The notes under the pieces are model-generated. The model saw only the letters and a list, made by a program, of their open reading frames with translations. It was not told where the DNA came from and searched no databases. The translations under genes and the position numbers were made by a program. This document shows positions 1-11,986 of a stretch of 64,000 nucleotides of DNA, in pieces; position 1 is the first letter of the stretch; every line of letters begins with the position of its first letter. The DNA is from Entomortierella parvispora E1425. Taxonomy: Eukaryota > Fungi > Mortierellomycota. The stretch lies in the NCBI GenBank assembly GCA_020891255.1, contig BQFW01000002.1, positions 1,736,001 to 1,800,000 on the forward strand, written 5' to 3'.

Positions 1-1367
1 AGAAGCAAAAAGGGAAGGACCGCAAAGTCAAAAAGGACTGCAAGGTGAAGAAAAGAGAAAGTCGCGTCAAGAATGGGCAGGATGCGAAAAAAGAGAGCAA
101 AGCCGACGCCGGGGTTCTCTTTTGTTCGCTCGTTGGTTCTCGGCACCGTGATGGTAACGCTTCCTGGGAGTCCTTCGCGTCGCTTCCTTCTCCTTGGACA
201 CTCCTCTTTTGAATTCCTGAACCTGCTTCTGTCCCTTCTTTTCTGGCAAGGACTGTGGTTCCTGTCGATAACGGACCTCCAGCAGGGCGGCAGTCGCACG
301 GCAGGCAAGGCGGCAGCTTAGGCAGGGTCATGCTTTTGTATTCTTTGCCACCACATCAGGTGAAAGAAAAAAAAGATGGAGGTGTTCCCGTCCTTTGGTT
401 GTGTTTTCTCCTGGCCTGTGGAAAAAGGGCCGAGATCTCTGCCACACCCTCTCCAAAACACAATCCATCGCCGCCCCTTTCGCCAAACGAGCACGTTTTC
501 TGTTAGCCACAGGTATGTCGTCGTTCCCACCCTTTGACAACAAGAAAACAAAAAAGAAATCATGCACGACGTGTGTCTTTTGGGGGATTGTCCCCTGTTT
601 TTTCAGGGCTTAACGATTGTTCGTGTTCAAGACCCACACCACCACAAGAACCACCACCTCCAACGGGCTCGCTATAATTAGGTTGGTGGGAAGCAACGCC
701 AAAGAAGCAAGCACATCACTGCTCTTGTTCTTTTGTTCGTTTCCTTTTCCTCCCAGCGTGCAGCAAACTGATCAACACCTGCAGCAGCGCGTTTCTGCGC
801 GCAGGTTTTATGTTGCTTCGTTCCCTTGATCTCTGCCTTTTCTGGCACCACAAAGCGTGGATCAAAAGAACGATCTGATTGCATGCTCGACGATCGCATT
901 GAGATATGGGCTCCACGAGACAAAGGGGGACTCGATCCACCTTCTGTGCTCCAGCAGGGTCCGCAAGCGAATGTACCTTTGCGTTCGTTATTTAGACTGT
1001 CAGTCTAGTACATAAATAATTGACCATCGTCATTACCGAGTATCGGTCCATTTTACTGAGAGCAAGGAATTGAAGAAAACCACTACGTTTGAAGGTGTCA
1101 CACGCCAGAAAAAAGACGAAGTGGCAACAGGCATGCTACCCTTTCGAGCCCTCTCTTGGGTTCTCACAGACCATGAAACTGCACTACTTGAGGGTCTCAG
1201 AGCTCACAGACCTGAAACGAACTAGAACAAGCGAAAAAAATTCCAAGTCGATGCGCTAAAATGCTGTCTAATTTCCGCAATATCCGACATCCACGCGCTT
1301 TGAGTGCTCTGCACCAAGAATCCTTTCCGGTGTAAATAATATTGCAATTGAACCTCACTTTATTGGA

Positions 1368-1463
1368 TAGTGCGAATATCGTAATTTGGCTACAAGGCTA
1401 CACAGACAACCAGGGTAGTTCGAATATCGTAATTTGGCCACAAGGCTATACAGACGACCAGGG
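1368..1463. repeat. 48-bp tandem duplication, 2 copies, 4 mismatches
   Basis: tagtGcgaatatcgtaatttggcTacaaggctaCacagacAaccaggg (1368-1415) is followed directly by tagtTcgaatatcgtaatttggcCacaaggctaTacagacGaccaggg (1416-1463). Confidence 0.9.
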
Positions 1464-1626
1464 TCCCAGTCTTACGTCTTGTAGTCTAATACCAACCCAG
1501 AGTACCAAACATATGAAAGTTGTGCGTTCATCTCAAAGATAACAATTCAAAGGTGTGAGCAACTATCTCTGATCGGACTCTTTCTCCGTAGGTCATAACC
1601 AATTGTTTTTTGTTTTGTTTTTTTTT

Positions 1627-2865
1627 TCACTTGGAGGATCGCGTCGTGGGACGACTAGAAGAATCAAAGGTGCCATAGGGAGGTGGGTCGCGTTGAGAAC
1701 CTGCAGGGCCCAAAAGTCCTTCTTCCTGAGCTCGAGCCAAAGTTTGGGCGCGCACCTGATCAGCAAGCGCTTGGTAATGGTTCCTTCTTTCTGCCTCTCG
1801 GTCGCGTCGGGTTCTGTCGATGGCCCTGTCCACCTGCTCTGCCTCCAACAAGGCTCGCACCAATGCGGTCTCACCTTCTGCACGCTCGCGCTCATAGCGT
1901 TGCTTGTCAAATCGATGGAACAAGATGGCTGCACCCACGAGACTCACCAACTAAATAATACAATTTCTCTTAAGTCAGACACTGCCTTGACACGATCTGC
2001 GATACCACCCAAATGAAATTACCACGATCCCATCTCTTTCTCTATTACCTCGATGCCTCCCAAGATGGCGCCAATGACGCCGATCGATTGAAGACTGTCT
2101 TGGAAAGCCGTTTGAATATGCTCTCGGCATCCTGTCATGTAATGGTGGTCAAGCGCGCAGGTCGCGGGAACAGCTCGGTCAAAGACATGCTCAAATCCAC
2201 AGCACTGAAACTATCATCACAGGAGGTCCAAAAATGGGCGTCAACATGGGCGTAAAGCATGCAAACAGAGGCTCCAAGGTATCAGTCTTCATGCATCCTG
2301 ATGGATAGCGGAAAAGGGGAATCCATGCGAAACGACACAGATTGATACGTACAAAGGACTCCAGGTCGTGGATACCACGAGGGTCAGTGCGAAAAACTCG
2401 ATCCCAAGCTTTATCTAGGACCTCGCCCCCTTGGTTTCTGTAGGCAAAAGCAAAGGCTCCAACGGTGATTTGAAGCGCAATGGCAATGAGGAGAGTAAAG
2501 CCATGAACCCAGAGGATCCATCTCTTCTCATTCATGACTCCATAGTAGCCCAAGAATGAAACCAGTGTGATGGTTGCACCGAGAACCAGGACCAGGTGTG
2601 GAAGCATGGTTGACGTAACAAAGACTGCACCTGGAGCAAAGTAGACAAAGGTGCCTACGCAGAGGAGGATCATCCCCACGAGCTAGCCATTCGACAGAGA
2701 TAGAGCGACGGGGGACAGGGGTGAGTGTTTGTTCATAATGGACATGCTCCCACCTATAGCATTCCATTTCAATTCATTCACTCGGCTCATTTCGACCATG
2801 AGTTCGTCTTTTTTTTTTTTTACCAGGGACAACAAGTTCAGCACCGCAACCGCAAGAGCGTACAT
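1627..2865 (-). CDS. Tetraspanin (4 TM, CCG-containing large extracellular loop), 4 exons, ~285 aa
   Basis: Exons 2865-2824, 2682-2353, 2210-2049 and 1950-1627 join in phase 0 via GT-AG introns. Protein: MYALAVAVLNLLSLLVGMILLCVG...SFLGYYG...LESF|FQCCGFEHV...TC...GC...IGVIGAILGGIE|LVSLVGAAILF. Four hydrophobic segments and the CCG motif are present. Confidence 0.88.
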
Positions 2866-3068
2866 GGCGACTGTGTGTAAGTGTGTATTATGAAGCAAGG
2901 GCGGTTTGTTCTGTTCACGGTTGGTTTTTCGGGTCGTGAGATAAAAGGGAAGAAGACAAAGAGGGTCTGAACCCCGTGATGGCGCCAAGCTTTTTGAAGC
3001 AAGGACCTGCGTGGCTATATTTCGCTGCTACTGCTTCTCTTTTGCTTCATCCAAGGGCAGGGGCACAT

Positions 3069-4936
3069 TTACCGCGCATCGCAACTCACTTCGCCATCGC
3101 CGACTTTTTGCAGATAAAAGTTGACAATCTCGCGGTCCTTTCTCAGTTGCATAGGAATAGTGCTCATCTTCTTGGGATCCAGGTCAATACATGTGATCTT
3201 GTAGACAAACGCCACGTCGTTGACGACGACCCTGTGGTGCAGCTCCTTGAACTCGATCCTGTCCCCTGCTTCGGTCACACTACGAACGGAAAGGCATCGC
3301 CTGTGATCAGTCCTCAAAAACACACATCTGGGGCTCAACCAATCTTTGATCGCTGTCTATTAAGCCATCAGGCCATGACTTACCTCTTCCCTTGAACTTT
3401 TGAAATCTCGCCAGTTTCGTCCGCATCATCTTCTCGGCGGACTGTAATCAGGACAGAGCAGTCCTTCAGGGTCGCGGACAACAGGTATTCTCGTATGAAG
3501 TGTAGCTTGATTTCCTCTGGAACATCGTCCAGGTCATCATCTGCTTGGAACCCAAGACTCGACATGTTTTGAGCCTCAAACGACTCTTGGTCTTGATTCA
3601 TCATTCCATCCATGTCTGTACGCTCTAGGAAGGTCTCGGCTGCAGTAAAGAACTCCTCCAAGGTTGGCTGTGCAATGGTCTCTGAAGCACTCGATCGAAT
3701 GAGTTGCTCGTAAAACTGATGAACGGTTTCGATATCCAATGAATCTAATCCTAGTTGTAGTCGACCCAGTCTCTTGAGTAATGGAGAGTCTACCAAGATC
3801 TGTGCCAATACATCCGGAAGCGTCGTCGATAGGTCGACGGTATTCGACGAGGGCTCAGTTTCGACGCTGAGGCAGCTCTTCATTGAGTCTTCGGATATAT
3901 CCTTCTGTGTCCCTTCCACAAAGAGACGTAGATTGTTCTGAGGGGTCCTGACAAGCGCATCCAACGCGTAATGCACCAGCGACTCCTCTCCTGAGAAGAG
4001 GTCTATGGGGCAGTACTCGCTCAAGTGGCTCTCCTGACCTTTTTGCTTCTTTTGGTGTTGATACATGCAAAAACGACACTTGCGCTTCTTGATTTCCTGG
4101 TCTTTGCGAATGAACTCTGACTTTGTCAGGAATCCCCACTTTGGCTAAAGGAAAAGGGAGAAAACGGTCCATGGTTATGAAGTCTGAGAGTAACAAGTAT
4201 CTCTCAGTAAGCTGTCGGGACTGCACGCCTACTTTAATCTCCACTGCAATAGAAGGTGCATGACTGCGCGAGTCTTTGATGAACCGGGTATGATCGAGGG
4301 CTAAAAATCCGACGCGTTGTTCAAAATCAATGCCTTTTTGTTTTCTGGCTTCTGGTCTAGAGGATTCAATGGCTAGGGCCAGCTCCTGCAGGAACTCTGT
4401 AGGGAGAGTGATGGTGATCTATAATTCGATCGGAGAATTTTAGAAAGCAGTACTGGACCAGAGCACACAAGTCTTGAGTATCGCCCTAGATGCTGCGGCA
4501 CCTACCAACTGCTCTACAAACTCTTGACCCAACAAAAGACCAATAACTTTGGATGAAAAGAGAGACTCTTGGGTGATATCGCTCTTTTTGAGGGATGGGG
4601 ATGGCTTGGCGTCGGCTGTGGTGGTGCTACTACCCACAGCGAAATCACGATCAGATTTACGAAGCCGGAGAACGGTGGTGTGCTGATACGTAGGGAAAAA
4701 AAAAAAAAAAAAAAAAGAAAGAGCCAAGAGAGGAGGACTGGGAATGAGTGAATCTGATGTGGAACAAGGACTCATTCAAATTGCCTGTGCTCGCATGCAA
4801 CCATGAGACGAATTAGGAAGGAAGGTTGGCGTACAAAGCGGGGATCAGGGCCAGTGTACTGCAACACGAGATTGGCGTTTCCTTCGGCACGGTACTGCCA
4901 GTGGGGGACAATGTAGAGCTCTGGGATGGTGGCCAT
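3069..4936 (-). CDS. IPK1: Inositol-pentakisphosphate 2-kinase (multi-exon)
   Basis: ATG at 4936 gives MATIPELYIVPHWQYRAEGNANLV. Downstream motifs: PSIAVEIK|PKWGF, KCRFCMYQ, YCPIDLFSG, PQNNLRLF, YLLSATLKDCSVLI, YKITCIDLDPK. Introns are GT-AG. Confidence 0.92.
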
Positions 4937-5229
4937 GGGTAGAATGGCACTTGTGGGTATGAGTGTATGTATGGGTATGGGTATGTGGGTGTAGGTTTAT
5001 GCCTCGAGTCAATGCAAGGTTGGGCGTAATGCAATGGAAGGACAGAGAAAAAAACGGTATTCTGAGTCCAGGAGACCGCACTTGACTGGATGACCGAGCA
5101 CCGCGCAGGGGACGAACGGCTTTTCTCGTCTCTTTTTTTCTTGTCCCATTCCATTGACTCACTCATTCGCTCCTTCCTTCCTTCCTTCCTTCCTCTTCTC
5201 AACCCGACCTTTATCGCCCCTCTCCAAAC

Positions 5230-7082
5230 ATGACCGCTGCTCCCCTTCATAACCCCACGCCGTTGATGCACTCGACTCCGTTGAGCCGAAAGACCCAGAC
5301 GTAAAGTCTCGTGGATCTTCTTCCCACGGGCATTGCCACCAATTTTAAGAGTGCTCTGGAGTTTTCTCTGGGGCGTGGCACCATGATTTAATCTCCTTTA
5401 CTGGCACTAACAATTCCCCTGGCATCCTTCTAATGGGCAACCTAATAGTAATGTGTGGCTAAAACTGGAGAACCTCCAGCCCAGCGGATCCTTCAAAATG
5501 AGGTACCAAACAAGATGATAGCCCCCACTTTTTTTTATTTTTTTATTTTTTATTCTGATTGATTCATCCTGTACCGTTCAACAGAGGTTTGGGCCACATG
5601 TGCCAGAAGGCTGTTCAAGAACATGGGAAAGCAACCCATCTTGTCTGCTCTTCTGGTGGAAATGCTGGTCTGGCCGTCGCCTATGCTGGTCGACAGCTGG
5701 ATGTTCGCGTCACGATTGTCGTGCCCTTGTCTTGCAGTCAATTCATGAAGCAAAAGATCGAGTCTGAAGGCGCAACGGTCGAGATGGAAGGCGAGGTATG
5801 GTCGACTATCTGCATGTTTGCTTCCTATGAGTGACTCTGCTTATTGTCCTAGTCTTCTTAACAAACGGATCAAAACTGTTCATCTCTAGGCATGGGATGA
5901 GGCTGATTTGCGTGCCAGGACCATTGTCGCAAATGATCCACACGGGTAAGACAGACTGGGGTCAAGCTCACCCTATAACATATAGCTATCTTTGTCCCCA
6001 CATGATGCAGATCCAATTGCTAAATCCCTGGCGCCTTGCTACTGTTATTCTAGAGTCTACGTTCCTCCCTTTGATCACCCTGACATCTGGGCAGGAAACT
6101 CAACCATGGTGGATGAGCTCAAGACTCAAATGGGAGGTATCGTTCCTGATGCCATTGTCTGCTCTGTGGGCGGCGGTGGAATGCTGAATGGAGTCATCCT
6201 TGGATGCGAACGCGCCGGATGGGACAGGGGTAATATATGACTCTGAAAAACTACAAAGCGCATTGGCTGGGATATCGCGGTGAACAATTGACTAATAGTC
6301 TTAATTCCGCTCAACTTTTAGTGCCAATCATTGCAATTGAGACCCATGGTGCCAACTCGTTCCAACAGGCTGTCGTTGCAGGAAAGCTTGTGACGCTCCC
6401 CAAGATTACGTCTGTTGCAACCACACTGGGAGCAAAGAGAGTTTCGGCAAAGTCGTTGGAATTGAGTTTTGTCCACCCCGTTATTCCTTTTGCAGTCAGT
6501 GATTCGATGGCCTGCCGTGCATGTTGGCAATTCTTGGGTAAGGAGTTTGATGCGACTGCCTTTTGCGTCTCTGTCAGCTGGAGTTTCCCAGAGGGATCTG
6601 TAATAACATATTTTCCTTCTTTTTTTCCAGATGATCATCGCATCTTGGTAGAGCCCTCTTGTGGTGCCTCTCTGTCTGTTGCGTACACGCCCTCGTTGCT
6701 CTCCAATGTCCTTCCTCACTTGAACCACCAATCGAACGTGGTGATGATTGTCTGTGGTGGATCCAACATCAACTTTGAACAATTGACCGACTTCAAGACC
6801 AAGTTTGCCTCCCAGGGTCAACAGCCTGCTATTGCCGTCCGAAATGGCGATCAGATCATGCTCAAGATGACCCACTCGCTTCAGGAAAAAGAGAGTACCC
6901 CAGCTCAGAGATTTATCATCTCGACTCTTTATCGCTCCCCAGTCTCGGAATCGGACGAGGCTGCAACCAATGGAGTCTCTGCAACCAATGGCTCCTCGGC
7001 ACTAGATGCTAAGTCGCTCTCCGCACCTGCCACGAACCATGACGATCATGTCGCTGTCAAGACTGAAGAAACAAATGAATGA
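5230..7082 (+). CDS. PLP-dependent L-serine/L-threonine dehydratase (SDS/CHA1-like, fold type II)
   Basis: Exon 1 MTAAPLHNPTPLMHSTPLS (5230-5300) splices to NVWLKLENLQPSGSFKMR (PLP lysine). Also SSGGNAGLAVAY, PPFDHPDIWAGNSTMVDEL, SVGGGGML, ETHGANSF, VEPSCGASL, IVCGGSN. Confidence 0.92.
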
Positions 7083-7215
7083 TTTTGACAATTGCAAGTG
7101 TAAGTATATAATAGAAGTATAGTCAACTGTTCCCCCCCCCCCCCACACACACACAACTCACAAGTTTAGAGAAAAAAAAATACGATATTTTTGTTTATTT
7201 ATTGTTTTTTCTCAT

Positions 7216-10200
7216 CTAATCTTGGTCAGCCATGGCTTGGAGACCCTGAAGGACGCTCGACACGCCTGGGACGAACCAACGAGCCTCGGAGCTCTTGGAT
7301 CCGACTGTACAGGTGACCACCCGCCGTTCAGATCCATTCTCGCCCAACTTGAGACCGTTGCAGTACACAAACATGTCTTCGTCCGATCGATCGTCACCGA
7401 CACAGAGCACAAAATCGACAGGATCGGCGCCCGCCTGTTGCTGGACCAGGTTCTCAAAGATGGTCTTTGTGGCGTGGGCTTTGCTGACATCTCGTGGCAT
7501 CACCTCCAGGCATTTGCGACCGACGACTGCATGGATAGGGTAGATGACGCCAACAGCCTCCTCAATATGATTCTGGCACTCGCGAGCTTGCCAGAGTCCA
7601 TAGTTGGGATTGTCGGCCTGACGGTAATGCCACACGATTGGGATTGTCTTTTCCTCGATTTCTGATCCAGGCGTCCTTTCCTTATAGTACTCAAACATCT
7701 CCATGACCTTTTTGCGCCACTGCAAATCACTTCCTTCCTGGACCTGGTTTTCCCAAACAGTCTTTCCAGCTGGTTTGAGGAAACAACCTCCCTCGGCACT
7801 ATAAATAGTTTAATCAAAAAAAGGACAGGGAGGGTTAGTTCTGAGGATTAGAACAATAGAATATAACGCAGGCGTAAACACGGTTAGAGGTCTTTTCTGC
7901 AACGTACCAAAGTCCAAGGTTCTCAATCGATCCAAAGATCTTGTCCAGGCTCTCTCGTGTCCGGCCGCTCATAATATACACAATGTTCCTGGGATCCTTG
8001 ACCAACCGAGCAATGGTGCGGACCATTTCCTCGCTCGATGCTCTGCCCTTGTAACGGACACTTGAAGTTCGCTCATAGGGCAAAAGAGTACCGTCATAGT
8101 CCAACAGCAAAAGACGGCGCTTTGCGGTCTTGAATTCCGGCAAGACCACGTTCATATTCAACAACGGAATATGAATCGAGTAACGACGCTGAACGTCTCC
8201 GTGCACCTTGATCAACTCGGACACAAAGTCTTTGGCCCAGAACTGAGCCGTATTTGTGCAGACGTGCTTCTTGAGCTCATTCCACCGCACAGTCTTTTCT
8301 GGCTCCCTCATTTCCAACCCCTCGTGGATCGCCTGTGCAACCTCGGTGTAGTTCCAAGGGTTCACTCTCAGACATGCTCCGAGCGAACCATATGTGCCTG
8401 CAAACTCACTCAGAACCAATGGGTTCTTTTGCTCTTCTTGACAAAGGACGTATTCGTGCGAAGTGAGGTTCATTCCGTCGCGAAGAGATGTGATGAGACA
8501 CAAATCCGCCACTGTCAAGAGGCCGAGGTACTGTGAGAAGGTGATGTCCTGGCGCAAGAAGACAATCGGCTGGTACGAAAGGTTGCTGAATCGCGAATTA
8601 ACTCTCGTAACCACATCCGACACCTGTCCCTGTACTTCGTTCTGTTCTGAGGTTGAAAGTGCAACTTGGATAAGAACAATCTAACAAAGAAAACGAATAA
8701 TACGATCAGCCTTGTAGCTTTTTTTTTTTTTTTTTGTGAGTGTTCTTCAAAGAAATAGAAAAATTCACTGCTATATTTACCTTTCCTAGCCACTCGGGGT
8801 ACAAGTCCAAGAAACGCTCAAAGGCGAGCATCTTCTGACGAACGCCCTTGATGTAATCCAATTTGTCACGAGCCACAATGAGTTTCAAACCAGAGTACTT
8901 TTCCTTGAGCTCGCTAACCCACTGTGCCACTTCAGGGTCTTGGCGCTTAATGGAAAGACTCTGAGTGTCGATACCAATAGGAAAGATGCCGACATTCACC
9001 GCTGTGTTCTCCAACTGAATACCTTTGGGGCTCGACTCGACCGACAGAATACGCGAACATGTCTGCAGGAAATGACGTGCAAAGGAGTATGTCTGGAATC
9101 CAACTAAATCTGCACCAAGAAGACCTTCAAGTACCTCTTTGCGCACTACAAAAGAAACGAGGATTCAAAACCCCTCCCTATGTTAGTTCAGTGCTTGAGA
9201 TCATCCAAATCCATCATCCCTTCAATTGCGCACATGAGCATACCATGCAGACACCTAAAGATTTCCGAACTGGGGAACGGAATGTGCAAGAAGAAGCCAA
9301 TGGATGCATCCGGAAGACGCTCCCTGATCATGTTTGGAACAAGCATCAGATGATAGTCATTGACCCAAACTAACAAAAAAAGAAGGAAATACATTGCCGT
9401 CGTCATTGTTAATTTTTTGGTTTCCCTGGCAAAGCGCACGATAAGATCAAAGATAAGGAATAGCACAGGGCAGAACACAAAATGTGGTCAAGGCCCAAAA
9501 CTTACTTGTGTCACCTTGACGGTAATTCTCGACGATCGTGTCAGCAAACGCACGGTTGACAGCGACATAGTGTTTCCAGGAGCCGTCCTCGTAGCCCTTG
9601 CTTCTGAGGTTGTCGGGTAAGACGTAATGGAAGATGGGCCAGAGGATCTACAACACGGAAAAGGAACGTGATTAGTTTTTTTTTTCTTTTTTTTTTTTTT
9701 TGCTCTAGAAACGCGTACACTCTGAGCAATTGAGGATGCCAACCGCCACGGCCGAGTCCAGGAACTAGACTAGTGAGCAACGCAACGCCAACAAACAGCC
9801 GTCTCTGGAAATTCACGAGGAAGGAATTGATGCAGGCGTTCGCCTCCCTGTGTGCGCACTTTTTTCCTGCAAAAATGTGCTGGGGTGGAAATGACAAAGT
9901 AAAAAAAAAAAAAAAAATGACGCGCCAATGTCATCATTTCCACTCGGTCCCCCCTCCGTATCCACATTCATATCCACACATCCTATGGACGATGAGTGTG
10001 GCTCCATGTGCTGATGCCGAGCTGTGTTTGCTTAATCCCTCAAGTCGTCTCCTCGTCTTCTACATGTATGCGGTCATAAAAAAAAGGCGAAAAGGGGGGG
10101 GGGGGGGGAAGAGAGAGAGAGAGAGAGAGATGGTGGACGTCACCGTACCTGCTTGCAGAACTGGTGGTAATGACCTTCAAAGTCAAGATCGTTCACAAAG

Positions 10201-11132
10201 ACGGGGATAGAGCTATGATTGAGAGCGAGCTCCGACTTGATGTCCCCGCGAGTACGATCCGGCAAGGTATCTGTTGCCATGCCCAGCGTGCCCACCCAGA
10301 TACGCTTGGCCAGTTGACTTTGGATCGAGTTGACGGCATTGTGGAGACCAATGTTACCGCCGTTGGCCTTCTCGACTGTCCAGGCTGCATCTGCAAACAC
10401 CTTGGCAGAATCGATGGAAGATCGTCGTTGGGGCAGAGAGCCGTGGATATTGATTGAAGGATGATCTGAAGTCCTGCTTCGAGGCTGATTCAAAGTTGGA
10501 CGAGGAGCAGCCGTGGGAAACACATTGGCCTCTTTGCTCTCAGAGGGGGGTGTGAGGATCGAGGGAGGAGGGACAGCGTTCTGGCCGTGGAATGAACTTC
10601 TTTGAGGGGCGCCAGGACGGTCTTCAGCCTTTAACCGATCTGCCTTGTTGCTGATGGGCTTGGGCATGGTCGTGACAGCCTCGCCTGTGGAGCCCGCAGC
10701 CCTGTAAAAAACCGGCGACGACGGCGCTGGTGGGACAAGAATGCTAGTCGGTGAGAGAGCCATATCGCGAGGACCGGTCTTGCGCGGTGGGGATGAGCGC
10801 TGGGTGTGATCTGACATGGCGCCGTTCGAGGTATCGACGGCTGAGAGAGGGTTGATCGAAGCGGCAGGGCGTGAATAAGAGACAGGTAGAGCAGGATGGA
10901 GCAGACTCGTGCCCGCAGGGACGTGGGTCGCGGACAAGCTGGATGGATTGAGAGACGTAACGTTGCTGCAGCCAGTGGAGTTGGTGGAGGTTGACTTTGC
11001 AGAACGGAAGCGGCCATCCTTCTCTCGGGTGGGAACCTGGAAGGAAATGGTCTCGGGCAGGAGGAAAGTGGCGACAAGGAGCCTGCCGCTGGTGAGAAGC
11101 TGGCCGGGACTATTGTTGGTGTCAGCAACCAT
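7216..11132 (-). CDS. TPS2: Trehalose-6-phosphate synthase/phosphatase complex subunit, TPS2-like (GT20 domain + HAD phosphatase domain)
   Basis: Motifs: [23 protein letters not shown]|[66 protein letters not shown], intact HAD motif [12 protein letters not shown]-terminal [10 protein letters not shown]. Confidence 0.88.
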
Positions 11133-11264
11133 TGGCGCGGGTATGTAGGGTGGAAGGGAGTGGTGGGAAGGGAGTGAAGAGGAGACGGAGACGGAGACAC
11201 GGAGCTATGAAGAAAAGAAAGAGAGAAGGAGAGAAGAAAGAAAGAGAAAAAGGTGTCAAGGAAA

Positions 11265-11299
11265 GAATGAATGAATGAAAGAATGAATGAGCGAATGAA
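11265..11299. repeat. Imperfect (GAAT)n microsatellite in the TPS 5' region; (CT)n tracts at ~11455-11530
   Basis: Read directly: gaatgaatgaatgaaagaatgaatgagcgaatgaa. Confidence 0.75.
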
Positions 11300-11986
11300 C
11301 ACATGCATGGACCCACACACATCACACAAAACGAGCGTCATTGTTTCGAGATAAAGAGGGAAGGCGGCTTGTTTGTCTTTGCGGAGGGTGAAAATAGAAT
11401 GAAGCGGGCAAAAGGGCTTTCTGGACGAACGCGTCTTTTCTGACTCTTTCTCTTTTCTCTCTCTCTCTCTCTTTGTCTCCTGAGCCTCCCCATGCTCACA
11501 GTGGGCAGTCCTCTCTCTCTCTCTCTCTATCTCACTCTCCTCTCCGATGCCGAGAGGATGACCAGATAGGTGCACGCTCTATAAATCCAATGTCAGCGCT
11601 CCTGTGCTTCGCCTAGAGTGCCTGGCTGCAGCAATGCGATACAGTCCAAGGCCTCTGGGGAAGGAGAGCAACTGGACACAGGCGGGTCCGGGTCAACAAG
11701 ACGAGACCAAGGTCTTATCACGAAGTAAAGAGAGAGATACTGTATAGAGAGAGAAGGACCATGAAAGAAAGCAAGAAAAAAAAAAAGAAAAAAAAAAAGA
11801 AAAAAAAAAAAGGTTTTCCCAAAAAGCTTCTTTCGGCCGTTCTTTTTTCTCTTTTTTCCCTTTCCCACAGAGAGGGATCGTCTTTTCCTTTTTCTCTCTC
11901 ATCCACTCATTCTCTCCTCTGGATCCAATGGCCTGTCCTCCTTCTTTAATGGAACATACCTCTCCCTGAATCCCACCCTGATCACA

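Noticed and set aside
1-331. Open minus-strand frame from ATG 331 (MTLPKLPPCLPCDC...) running off the window edge
   Set aside because: No recognisable motif, and the end degrades into CT-rich UTR-like sequence. It could be the leader or first exon of a gene outside the window but cannot be supported here.
1368-1463. CRISPR-like appearance of the 48-bp repeat
   Set aside because: Only two adjacent copies with no unique spacers, no cas genes, and a eukaryotic context.
10631-11575. 314-aa minus-strand ORF overlapping the TPS start
   Set aside because: Alternative frame through the microsatellite-rich 5' UTR and TPS exon 1, with low-complexity, non-protein-like composition.
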